The translations under genes and the position numbers were made by a program. A stretch of DNA of 64,000 bases from Deltaproteobacteria bacterium (lineage in GTDB: Bacteria; Desulfobacterota; Desulfuromonadia; Geobacterales; Pseudopelobacteraceae), in NCBI GenBank assembly GCA_021779135.1, contig JAJYBH010000002.1, positions 15,423-79,422 on the forward strand. Direction: 5' to 3'. Shown piece after piece: positions 19,844 through 28,719 of this stretch. The notes under the pieces were generated by a model. The model was not told the origin of the DNA. It did not search any database and saw only the letters and a program-made list of their open reading frames with translations. Within the stretch, counting starts at the first letter, position 1; each line of letters starts with the position of its first letter.

Positions 19844-21646
19844 TCACTTGGCAGCGCGCTTGCGTCTGGTCGGATCCAGTTCCTTCTTGCGCAGGCGGAT
19901 CGAGAGCGGTGTGACTTCCACCAGTTCGTCGTCATCGATGAACTCCAGGGCCTGTTCCAGGGTCAGGAGGCGTGGCGGAGTCAGCTTGATGGCATCGTCC
20001 GTGCCCGAGGCGCGCACGTTGGTCAGCTTCTTACCCTTGCAGGGATTGACATCCAGATCGTTGTCCTTATTGTGCTGGCCGATGATCATGCCGCCGTAGA
20101 CCTCGACGCCGGCCCCGATGAAGAGGCTGCCGCGCGGCTGGAGGGCATCCAGCGAGTAGGCTGTGGTCTCGCCATGCTCCATGGCCATCAGTACGCCGTT
20201 CTTGCGGCTGGGGATTTCACCCTTGTAGGGGGCGTATTCGTGGAAGGTATGGGTCATGACCGCCGTGCCGCGGGTGTCGGTCAGCACCTCGCCGCGCAGC
20301 CCGATCAGGCCGCGGGCCGGGATGATGAACTCCAGACGGACCATCTCGCCCATGGGTGCCATGGCCACCATTTCGCCCTTGCGGGGACCCATCTTCTCGA
20401 TAATTGCGCCTTGAAACTCGGAGGCGACGTCCACCACCAGATATTCCATCGGCTCGGTCTTGACACCGTCTTTTATACGGATGATGACTTCCGGTTTGGA
20501 AACGGCCAGTTCGAAACCCTCGCGCCGCATGTTCTCGATCAGAATCGAGAGGTGCAGTTCGCCACGCCCCGAGACCTTGAAGGTATCCGGCGAATCGGTA
20601 TCCTCGACCCGCAGGGATACGTTTGTTCGCAGCTCTTTTGTAAGGCGTTCGCGGATGTTGCGCGAGGTGACCCACTTCCCTTCACGTCCGGCAAAGGGAG
20701 AGGTGTTGACGATGAAGTTCATCGAGAGGGTCGGTTCATCGATGGAGACATAGGGAACCGCGATGGGGGTCTCGGCCGATGCCAGGGTCTCGCCGATGCT
20801 GACGTCTTCGAAACCGGCCACGGTGACGATATCGCCGGTACCGGCTTCTTCGATATCGACCTGTTTGAGCCCTTCATAGCCGAGCAGCTTGGTGATGCGG
20901 CTCTTGGTCACCGAGCCGTCGGCCTTGATCATGGCGACGGTTTCACCGGCCCGGACCTTGCCGTTGAAGATACGGCCGGTTGCCATGCGGCCAATATAAT
21001 CGTTGTAATCGATGTTGGCGATCAGCATCTGGAAGGGGGCATTAATATCACCTTTGGGGGGGCGGACGTTGGATTCAATCACCGCAAAGAGTGGTTCCAG
21101 GTTGGTGGATTCAACGGTAATGTCCAGCTTGGCATAGCCCAGCTTAGCGCTGGTGTAGACTACCGGAAAATCCAGCTGGTCGTCGGAGGCATTCAGCTCG
21201 CAGAACAGGTCGAAGACCATGTTGAGGACTTCGTCGGGGCGGCTGCCTGGGCGGTCGATCTTGTTGATGACCACGATCGGCTTGAGACCCAGGTCGAGGG
21301 ACTTCTTCAAAACGAAACGGGTCTGGGGCATGGGACCGTCCAGGGCATCCACCAGCAGCAGGACGGAATCGACCATCTTGAGTACGCGCTCCACCTCGCC
21401 ACCGAAATCGGCATGGCCGGGGGTATCGACGATATTGATCTTGTACTGGCCGTGGTGGATGGAAAGACTCTTGGCCAGAATGGTGATGCCGCGTTCCTTT
21501 TCAAGATCGTTGCTGTCCATCACGCGCTCGGTGATGGCTTCGTTTTCGCGGTAGACACCGGCGTGCTTCAGCATGGCATCGACAAGCGTTGTCTTGCCGT
21601 GGTCGACGTGGGCGATAATGGCGATATTTCTGATACGCTCCTGCAT
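19844..21646 (-). CDS. typA: Translational GTPase TypA/BipA
   Basis: 600 aa, with [17 protein letters not shown] and NKID. Confidence 0.9.
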   Translation of the reverse strand: MQERIRNIAIIAHVDHGKTTLVDAMLKHAGVYRENEAITERVMDSNDLEKERGITILAKSLSIHHGQYKINIVDTPGHADFGGEVERVLKMVDSVLLLVDALDGPMPQTRFVLKKSLDLGLKPIVVINKIDRPGSRPDEVLNMVFDLFCELNASDDQLDFPVVYTSAKLGYAKLDITVESTNLEPLFAVIESNVRPPKGDINAPFQMLIANIDYNDYIGRMATGRIFNGKVRAGETVAMIKADGSVTKSRITKLLGYEGLKQVDIEEAGTGDIVTVAGFEDVSIGETLASAETPIAVPYVSIDEPTLSMNFIVNTSPFAGREGKWVTSRNIRERLTKELRTNVSLRVEDTDSPDTFKVSGRGELHLSILIENMRREGFELAVSKPEVIIRIKDGVKTEPMEYLVVDVASEFQGAIIEKMGPRKGEMVAMAPMGEMVRLEFIIPARGLIGLRGEVLTDTRGTAVMTHTFHEYAPYKGEIPSRKNGVLMAMEHGETTAYSLDALQPRGSLFIGAGVEVYGGMIIGQHNKDNDLDVNPCKGKKLTNVRASGTDDAIKLTPPRLLTLEQALEFIDDDELVEVTPLSIRLRKKELDPTRRKRAAK

Positions 21647-21824
21647 GGGTAAAACTCCTCAATCTGGCAAAATAAAAGGACGGGCTCGCGGCCCGTCCTA
21701 AACTGTCGTGCATAATGACAGGTTTCCGTTGTTCTGGCAAGCATTTACTGACATTCTAAATCATGCTTTGCTAATTTATGAAAAAGCATTATATTAAATC
21801 TTAATAACAAAACGGAGGATCGGC

Positions 21825-22685
21825 ATGAGCATATCGAGTGGGTCTGCGTGGAAATCACTACAGCAGGCCGTATGTTGCGCCATGTTGCTGGCGGCGGTCG
21901 CTATCCCCGCTGAAAATGCGGCCGCGGAATCCATTATTCTCGCCGGCTCAGGCTCCAACCTTCCTGCCGTAAGGATCCTCGTCAGGGCGTTCCAGCGCTC
22001 CCATCCCGCTATCCGCATCGCGGAGCCGACCAATATCGGCTCCGCCGGGGCGATCCGGGCGGTTGCCGACGGAGCGATCTCGATTGGCCTCATCTCCCGT
22101 CCCCTGCTCGGCGACGAACAGCATCTCGGCCTGGCCGTCGTTCCCTACTCCCGTTCGGCGGTCGTAATCGGCGTTCATCCCCTGGTCAAGGATGATGACA
22201 TCACCTTCAAGGAACTGAACAGCATCTACCGGGGAGACAAAATAACTTGGCGGGACGGGCACAAGATCATCGTGCTGAACAGGGAACCGGGGGAGAGCAG
22301 CATCTTTGTCCTGGAGGAAAATGTCCCGGGATTTCGCGAGGTCTACGCGGACAGCATAAAAGCCAATCGCTGGGCGATTATTCTGAAAGACGAGGGGATG
22401 AACCAGAAGATCGAAACTTTGCCCTACTCGATCGGTTTTTCGGATTTGGGCGCCATTATCTCCCAGAATCTGAAGATAAAGGTACTCAAACTGAACGGCC
22501 TGTATCCTTCGGCCAAGAACTTGTCAAGCGGCGCCTATCCCCTCTACAAACAGCTTTCCTTTGTCTACCGGCCGGACAGACTTACCCCGGACATGCAAGC
22601 CTACATGTCCTATGTATGCTCTCAGGACGGGGCGAAAATCCTTAAAAACAACGGTTATATACCGTTCTGCACACAGGCAAAATGA
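21825..22685 (+). CDS. PstS/PBP-like periplasmic substrate-binding protein
   Basis: Signal peptide. The PBP-like motif GSGSNLP...IGSAGAIRAVADGAISIGLISRPL is present. Confidence 0.6.
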   Translation: MSISSGSAWKSLQQAVCCAMLLAAVAIPAENAAAESIILAGSGSNLPAVRILVRAFQRSHPAIRIAEPTNIGSAGAIRAVADGAISIGLISRPLLGDEQHLGLAVVPYSRSAVVIGVHPLVKDDDITFKELNSIYRGDKITWRDGHKIIVLNREPGESSIFVLEENVPGFREVYADSIKANRWAIILKDEGMNQKIETLPYSIGFSDLGAIISQNLKIKVLKLNGLYPSAKNLSSGAYPLYKQLSFVYRPDRLTPDMQAYMSYVCSQDGAKILKNNGYIPFCTQAK

Positions 22686-24847
22686 AAACGGGCAAAGAAA
22701 TACAGATCGATCTGGGGCAGTTCCTCTCCAAGCGCCTGTATCCGCTTTCGCTGGGTATCGGTCTCGTTATCTCCTTCTGTTTCCCCATCACCTATTATGT
22801 TCTGGAATACAAGGGGGGCCAGCGCACCGCCTCGCATTTAGCGGATAAATCCGCCGATAAACTCAAAGATGTCATCATTGCGTCACCAAATCTCTGGAAA
22901 TATCAGATCTACAGTTTTACTGAAATCGAGCGGGAAATGTCCCAGGGTAGCGATGTCCTGTCTCTCCGGATCTTGGATGGAAAAGGCGCGCCAATACCAA
23001 ATTACCAGTATCAACAGCACTCCTGGGAAAAAACTGTCTGGTGGAACAGATGGGCACCCAAAGGCTCCGCAGATATCCTTTTCAATAATGAAAAGGTCGG
23101 CCGGATAGAGGTCGTCATTTCGCAGAGGATCATCCTGCTCAAGACCCTCCTGCTTTTCCTCGTTTCCGCCAGCGCAGGCTTGTTGCTGGCGTTTCTGTCA
23201 TACAATTTTCCCCTCAAGATTGTCCAGAGGCTTGAGGCCGAACTTCAAGAGCAATTCAACAATATACAGCAGGCCTACAAGGAGAGTGACCTTCTTCGGC
23301 ATCTGGCCCAGGAATCCGAGAAACGGTTCCGGGACCTCGTGGATGGACTCGACGCGGTCGTCTGGGAAGCAGATGCGCAGAGCAGGCGGTTTACTTTTAT
23401 CAGCAATCAGGTCGAGAACATGTTCTTGATCCCGATGGAAGAATGGTTGTCGGCTGCTGATTTCTTTAAGGAGCAGATCGAGCGCGGCGACCGGGAAAGG
23501 GTACTCGCGGCCTATCAGAGGTCTGTCGAGGAAGAGGCCGGTTGCCGGCTCGAATACCGTAGAATCAGTAATGATGGCACCGTCGTCTGGGTGCAGGATA
23601 ACATTAGAATCGTAAGTGACGAGGAGGGGAAGAAACAGCTACGAGGCGTCATGGTGGATGTAACGCACAAAAAGAATGCCGAAGAGGCGTTGAACATGCT
23701 TAACCGGGAATTGCAAAACTCGGTTCATCAACTGCAGCAACGCAACCTGGAGGTCTCTACGTTCCACGAACTGAGCGAGATGTTCCAGCTGTGCCGTGAG
23801 CGCGAGGAAGCCTACCGGATCATCGGCGTGGCCGCGCGAAAACTTTTCCCTGAGGATTCAGGCGCCTTCTACATACTGGACTCATCCAGAAACATGCTTG
23901 TTCTCTCGAATACCTGGGGTGAAACCGTACAGCATGAGGCGCAGTTTTCACCCGAAACCTGCTGGGCCCTCCGCCGTGGAAGAAACCCCCGCTTATCGAC
24001 CAACAATCACCTGTTTTGCGAAAACATCGGTAGTGAAATCAATCCCCGATGCTTCTGTATACCGATGTTGTCTCAAGGCGAAACCATAGGTGTCTTCCAC
24101 ATGGTGCCTTCGTGCGCTGCAACAGCGCCAAACGAAGCAGGCCATGACGACAACGAGGAAAAATACCAGCTGGCGGTTTCCATGACCGAGAACGTAGCCA
24201 TGGCGGTCGCGAACCTTTCATTGCGGGAGTCGTTGCGATATCTCTCGATCCGGGACCCGCTTACCGGCCTCTTCAATCGTCGATACATGGAGGAGACGCT
24301 CCAGCGTAAATTAATGTTCGCCGAGCGCATGAAGAGGACGCTCGGTATCATCATGATAGACCTCGATCATTTTAAACGCTTTAATGACACGCACGGACAT
24401 GATGCCGGAGATACCCTGCTTCGCGAATTCGGATCATTTCTTCTCAATAACATCCGCGAATATGATTTTGCCTGCCGTTATGGCGGCGAGGAATTCATCT
24501 GCATCCTGCCGGAAACCACACTTGAAAAAACCCTGGAACGCGCTGAAGAATTGCGCGGTAATTTAAAGTCCTTCAAAGCCGAGCACCTCGGCCGTCCCTT
24601 GGAAAAATTTACCTTTTCAGCGGGGGTTGCGGTCTATCCCGAGCATGGGGCAACTGCCGCGGAAATTGTCAAGGCGGCCGATGAAGCGCTCTATCTGGCA
24701 AAAAGGAAGGGGCGCAACCGAATTGTGGCGGCAGTGGTTAAAGGGCCACCGGTTGAAAAAGAAAAGCTGTTGAAATTAATCACGTCAAGGAACACCGCCG
24801 CACTGCCGGGGAAAAACGATAAGCCATGGAACTATAAGCGGCCATAA
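22682..24847 (+). CDS. Membrane-anchored PAS-GAF-GGDEF diguanylate cyclase
   Basis: 721 aa with two TM segments flanking a periplasmic region, plus PAS, GAF and GGDEF (RYGGEEF). Its ATG overlaps the PBP stop (ATGA). Confidence 0.8.
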   Translation: MKTGKEIQIDLGQFLSKRLYPLSLGIGLVISFCFPITYYVLEYKGGQRTASHLADKSADKLKDVIIASPNLWKYQIYSFTEIEREMSQGSDVLSLRILDGKGAPIPNYQYQQHSWEKTVWWNRWAPKGSADILFNNEKVGRIEVVISQRIILLKTLLLFLVSASAGLLLAFLSYNFPLKIVQRLEAELQEQFNNIQQAYKESDLLRHLAQESEKRFRDLVDGLDAVVWEADAQSRRFTFISNQVENMFLIPMEEWLSAADFFKEQIERGDRERVLAAYQRSVEEEAGCRLEYRRISNDGTVVWVQDNIRIVSDEEGKKQLRGVMVDVTHKKNAEEALNMLNRELQNSVHQLQQRNLEVSTFHELSEMFQLCREREEAYRIIGVAARKLFPEDSGAFYILDSSRNMLVLSNTWGETVQHEAQFSPETCWALRRGRNPRLSTNNHLFCENIGSEINPRCFCIPMLSQGETIGVFHMVPSCAATAPNEAGHDDNEEKYQLAVSMTENVAMAVANLSLRESLRYLSIRDPLTGLFNRRYMEETLQRKLMFAERMKRTLGIIMIDLDHFKRFNDTHGHDAGDTLLREFGSFLLNNIREYDFACRYGGEEFICILPETTLEKTLERAEELRGNLKSFKAEHLGRPLEKFTFSAGVAVYPEHGATAAEIVKAADEALYLAKRKGRNRIVAAVVKGPPVEKEKLLKLITSRNTAALPGKNDKPWNYKRP

Positions 24848-24892
24848 CTGATCGGATACTGCCTGCGCCAGACTCCCTGCCGGCCGCGGCAT

Positions 24893-24925
24893 AAAAAAGG
24901 ACGGGGCAAACCCCGTCCTTTTTTT
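24893..24925. terminator. Bidirectional intrinsic terminator
   Basis: AAAAAAGGACGGGGCAAACCCCGTCCTTTTTTT, between the convergent DGC and proA genes. Confidence 0.8.
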
Positions 24926-24948
24926 GCCATCTCAGCAGATCAAGATTC

Positions 24949-26205
24949 TTATCCCCTGATCTGCCCATCCCCGTACACAATAAACTTGGTAGTGGTCAGA
25001 TCCTCCAGCCCCATGGGGCCGAAGGAATGCAGCTTGGTGGTGGAGATGCCGATCTCGGCGCCCAGGCCGAGCTGGTTGCCGTCGGCGAAGCGCGTGGAGG
25101 CGTTGACCATCACGCAGGATGAGTTGACCTCGCGGATAAAGCGTTGAGCGCGGCTGTAGTCGCTGGTGATGATCGACTCGGTATGCAGCGAGCCGTAGCG
25201 GTTGATGTGGGCGATGGCGGCGTCCATGTCAGCCACCACCCGGCAGGCCAGGATCAGCTCCAGGTATTCGGCGTGCCAGTCCTCCTCTGTGGCCGGGGTG
25301 GCCTGGGGTGCATATGAGCGGAATTCATCGTCGCCGCGCAATTCGACCTGCAGTTCGGATAGTGTCGCGGCAATCCGGGGAACGAAGCCGGCGGCGGCGT
25401 TTTTGTGGATCAGGATGGTCTCCAGGGCATTGCAGACGCCGGGCCGCTGGACCTTGGAATTGACGATGATCCGTTCGGCCATGTCAAAATCGGCGCCCTC
25501 GTCGACAAAGATGTGGCAGACGCCTTTATAATGCTTGATGACCGGGATGCGCGAATTTTCGACCACGAAGCGGATCAGGCTCTCGCCGCCGCGCGGGATG
25601 ATCAGGTCGATGAATTCCTCCTGCTTGAGCATCTCCAGCACCCCCTCCCGTTCGGTGAAGGGGATCAGCGAGAGTGCCGCCACCGGGATGCCCAGCTCTT
25701 TCATCACCCCCTGCAGAACCTCTGCTATGGCCCTGTTGGACCGGATCGCTTCGGATCCACCTCGCAGGATCACGGCATTGCCGGCCTTGAGGCACAGCGC
25801 CGCGGCATCGGCGGTCACGTTGGGGCGCGCCTCGTAGATAATCCCGATGGTCCCCAGCGGGATACGCATCTTGCCCACCATCAGCTCGTTGGGCCGTTTC
25901 CACATCCCGGTCACTTCACCCACCGGATCGGGCAGGGCCGCCACCTCGCGCAGGGCGTCGGCGATGCCGGCAATCCTCTTTTCATCCAGCATCAGACGGT
26001 CCAGCATGGCAGCGGAGAGGCCTTTCTCCCTGCCCGCTTCCAGGTCCGCTGCATTTTCGGCGATCAGGTGTACCGTCTGTTCCTGCAGCGCCGCGGCCAT
26101 GGCCAGCAGCATGTCATTCTTGGCGGTGGTTGAAAGACGCGCCATGGCCAACGACGCCTGGCGGGCATCCGCGGCAATCTGCGCAACCTGTTCGGCTATG
26201 GTCAT
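24949..26205 (-). CDS. proA: Gamma-glutamyl phosphate reductase
   Basis: ALDH-fold ProA. Start moved to ATG 26205 (MTIAEQVAQIA). Confidence 0.85.
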   Translation of the reverse strand: MTIAEQVAQIAADARQASLAMARLSTTAKNDMLLAMAAALQEQTVHLIAENAADLEAGREKGLSAAMLDRLMLDEKRIAGIADALREVAALPDPVGEVTGMWKRPNELMVGKMRIPLGTIGIIYEARPNVTADAAALCLKAGNAVILRGGSEAIRSNRAIAEVLQGVMKELGIPVAALSLIPFTEREGVLEMLKQEEFIDLIIPRGGESLIRFVVENSRIPVIKHYKGVCHIFVDEGADFDMAERIIVNSKVQRPGVCNALETILIHKNAAAGFVPRIAATLSELQVELRGDDEFRSYAPQATPATEEDWHAEYLELILACRVVADMDAAIAHINRYGSLHTESIITSDYSRAQRFIREVNSSCVMVNASTRFADGNQLGLGAEIGISTTKLHSFGPMGLEDLTTTKFIVYGDGQIRG

Positions 26206-26374
26206 AAGAAGGGCTCCCTTGCACAAAAAATCTCACCCATACTTCGGTGAGATTCCAGTTTACGGTAATCATGTAGTTGCTTCAAGCGAATAAAAACTAC
26301 CCCGGATTATCAGGATACGTACATCGACGGAGCCGTTTTCTGCCATACTTGCTTAGAAGATAACGCTTGTCACT

Positions 26375-27169
26375 CTACAGCGTACACATGACCTGGCGCA
26401 CCCGGTATTCCCCGCCAATGACCAGGTATTCACCCTCGCCTTTCATGATGCTGCCGGGGAGCAGATCGTTGTAAAAGAAGATTTTGCCGAGGGGCACGCG
26501 CAGCTCCCAGACCGTTGATCCGAACTCCCAGGCCCGCTCCTCATCCGAGGTACACGACACCAGGTTGTTCAGGCGAACGATCTGCTCGCGTTTAGTGAGC
26601 TGTTCCAGCACATCATGCTCGCTGGCGTCGTAGGTTCCCCGATACAGAAGAATACTCGCGCAGCCGGGATATTTGCGCGGCAGCTCGAACTGGCAATACT
26701 CGTAGAGGATATCCAGCTGGGATTGAATGGCGTTGGTGCGGGAGCTTCCTCGCATGACATCCACGGAGAAATCGAAATAGGCCTGGCTGTGGATGCCTGA
26801 AATACGGGCCCGGTGGTAGGTGGGGGTGATGCCCATGCGGCTTTCTACCCAGCGCTTGAGTACCGCTCCCTCGACAGAATTGGAATCCATCATCCAGCCG
26901 CGCAAAAAGCGCAGGTAGCTGTTCTTGATGCTCTTTCCGGCGGTTTCGGTCTGGTCCTGCCAATGGTGCAGCTGGAACTTTACCGACATGAAATCATTGA
27001 AGATCAAGGCCCTCTCATCCTGGGAGGCGATCGTGGCCAGTTTCTCAAACAGAAAGCGGTTGCCCTCTTTGACCCCCTGAATCTCCAGGGGTTGCGGATT
27101 GTCGTTGAAATGACGCGAGGCGATGACCCAGGGCGGCAGGTTGCAGTTGTTAAAAGAGCCGTTGTGCAT
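26375..27169 (-). CDS. draT: NAD+--dinitrogen-reductase ADP-ribosyltransferase (DraT-like)
   Basis: 264 aa with an R-S-E ADP-ribosyltransferase pattern (LLYRG ... SCTS ... GEGEYLV). It is the last gene of the nifX-fdxB run, and NifH in this window keeps the target Arg (CAGRGVIT). Confidence 0.75.
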   Translation of the reverse strand: MHNGSFNNCNLPPWVIASRHFNDNPQPLEIQGVKEGNRFLFEKLATIASQDERALIFNDFMSVKFQLHHWQDQTETAGKSIKNSYLRFLRGWMMDSNSVEGAVLKRWVESRMGITPTYHRARISGIHSQAYFDFSVDVMRGSSRTNAIQSQLDILYEYCQFELPRKYPGCASILLYRGTYDASEHDVLEQLTKREQIVRLNNLVSCTSDEERAWEFGSTVWELRVPLGKIFFYNDLLPGSIMKGEGEYLVIGGEYRVRQVMCTL

Positions 27170-27197
27170 AGCTGGTCATCACCTCGTTGTGATCTAC

Positions 27198-27249
27198 GTA
27201 GGGACGGCGCTTGCTCCGCCCGACCGGGCGCGGCGAGCAGCGCCCCTAC
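27198..27249. repeat. GTAGGGGC-type palindromic repeat pair (family 1)
   Basis: GTAGGGACGGCGCTTGCTCCGCCC ... GGGCGCGGCGAGCAGCGCCCCTAC. Two hairpin units lie head to head. Confidence 0.7.
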
Positions 27250-27575
27250 AGAATCTTTGCCAACTCTACCAATGTGGGTTTGATCGGACCCGAGATAACA
27301 AACGGTTCGACCCCCAGTTTTTCCAGCTCTCCCTTGGGATGTTCACCCATCTGGGCCGTAACCACGGCCCGGCAGCCGCCCAGCGCCTCGGCGATTACTT
27401 TCAGCACATTCCCGCGCAGGGGATGATCGGGGTCAAAACTACAATAGCGCTCGACCTTCCGTTCATCAATCAGTTTTGCATCGCCGTTTTCGACATCATA
27501 GATCAGAAAGCGCTCGGCATGTCCGAAATGCTGGTTGATCTCCCGCCCGTCTTTTGATGCGACCGCTATGAGCAT
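27246..27575 (-). CDS. NifB/NifX-family FeMo-cofactor-binding domain protein
   Basis: Start moved to ATG 27575 (MLIAVASKDGREINQHFGHAERFLIYD), the typical NifX/NafY core. Confidence 0.75.
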   Translation of the reverse strand: MLIAVASKDGREINQHFGHAERFLIYDVENGDAKLIDERKVERYCSFDPDHPLRGNVLKVIAEALGGCRAVVTAQMGEHPKGELEKLGVEPFVISGPIKPTLVELAKIL

Positions 27576-27641
27576 GCTACACCTCCCCTCGTGGCGTCCC
27601 CTGTGACCGCCCGGCGTCATGGCAATCACAGGGGACGGCCC

Positions 27642-27905
27642 TTACGCTACTACCGGCTCGAACGCAAAGCACTTTTTGGAGCAGGTCCGCTCACAGGCCT
27701 GGCAACCGATGCAGTTGCCGGGGTTTGCTACCCGCATGTACATCTTGGCGGAATCGTCGCCGTCCAGCTCTTCGAAGGCCAGCACATCGTGGGCACAGAC
27801 CTTGTAGCAGCGGCCACAGCCGATGCAGAGTTCTTCGTCAATCGAGGTTATAAACTGCGGGGTCCATTCCTGTTTGTCGCGTGTCAATCCTGTGATGTAA
27901 GCCAT
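27642..27905 (-). CDS. fdxB: nif-type 2x[4Fe-4S] ferredoxin (ferredoxin III-like)
   Basis: Start moved to ATG 27905, preceded by GGGAGGAAG. It has CIGCGRCYKVC and CIGCQACERTC. Confidence 0.7.
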   Translation of the reverse strand: MAYITGLTRDKQEWTPQFITSIDEELCIGCGRCYKVCAHDVLAFEELDGDDSAKMYMRVANPGNCIGCQACERTCSKKCFAFEPVVA

Positions 27906-27944
27906 TGTTGACTTCCTCCCGTAGGTGTAATGTTGAATTTTGAG

Positions 27945-27984
27945 TTTTGAATTATGAATTGAATTCAAAATCTATAATTCAAAA
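27945..27984. repeat. AT-rich nested palindrome in the nifX-fdxB spacer
   Basis: TTTTGAATTAT-N18-ATAATTCAAAA, with an inner TTGAATTCAA. Confidence 0.6.
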
Positions 27985-28000
27985 TTCAGAATTGCCTGTG

Positions 28001-28387
28001 TCAATCTTCCAAAAATGACGTTGACTGTCCCTTGTTCATAGCCTTCCTCAGCCAGGGTGGCGGGTTGCCGCGCAGCACCTCCTGAAAGCGTTCCACCGTT
28101 TCCTTCAAACCGACGGCCGTGTTTGTCTTCATGGGGTGAATCTTCTGGGCCACCAGCTTGGCCGCGGCCGGTCCGCCGATCTGCATCGTGTACACGATGG
28201 CACAGTCGGAAAGAACCTTCGCCCGGGCGGCGATACGGTCCTCCTCATCGCTGCCATGTTCACCCACGCTGACCGCTTCCAGAAAAGAGGCCTCATCCGG
28301 GCCGACTTCCCAGATGTGGAAACTCTGACACTGACCGAAGTGCTGATCTATAATTTCGCCGGTTGATGTGGTGAACGCGATTTTCAT
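28001..28387 (-). CDS. nifX: Nitrogen fixation protein NifX
   Basis: 128 aa: MKIAFTTSTGEIIDQHFGQCQSFHIWEV... Confidence 0.8.
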   Translation of the reverse strand: MKIAFTTSTGEIIDQHFGQCQSFHIWEVGPDEASFLEAVSVGEHGSDEEDRIAARAKVLSDCAIVYTMQIGGPAAAKLVAQKIHPMKTNTAVGLKETVERFQEVLRGNPPPWLRKAMNKGQSTSFLED

Positions 28388-28461
28388 ACCTACCCCCTCT
28401 TCTGACTGATTACTGATGCCGGCACAAATCCGATACTAAGAGTTGTTGCGTCTTACGTACT

Positions 28462-28502
28462 AAAAACGGCGCCATCCCCCAAGGGGAAATGGCGCCGTTG
28501 CC
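28462..28502 (-). terminator. nifX leader intrinsic terminator carrying the conserved GGCAACGGCGCC
   Basis: The minus strand reads GGCAACGGCGCCAUUUCCCCUUGGGGGAUGGCGCCGUUUUU. Confidence 0.7.
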
Positions 28503-28559
28503 AACCTTCGTTTGAGTCCACCTCGGCTTGTTGGAGCACCGCCGGCTTACTGATGGAAT

Positions 28560-28575
28560 AGCACAGGGCGTGCCA
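28560..28575 (-). promoter_or_regulatory. sigma54-type promoter (-24/-12) for the nifX operon
   Basis: The minus strand reads TGGCACGCCCTGTGCT (GG-N10-GC). Confidence 0.7.
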
Positions 28576-28719
28576 ATAGCTATCATCCTGAAATCATTGA
28601 TTACTAGAGGGTCGGGGAGAGTTTTGCCAATCGACGGCAAGGAGTAATTGCCTATTTTTTAACCACCTGGCATGGTTGCTGCCCGCCGAATGTCCAGAAC
28701 GGGTGGTGTACTATTCCAG

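Noticed and set aside
28636-28660. A plus-strand terminator-like hairpin, GGCAAGGAGTAATTGCC plus TATTTTTT, between kdpE and the nifX promoter.
   Set aside because: No plus-strand gene or convincing plus-strand RNA ends there, and the stem is short (5 bp). It could insulate against antisense transcription, but I cannot support a feature call.
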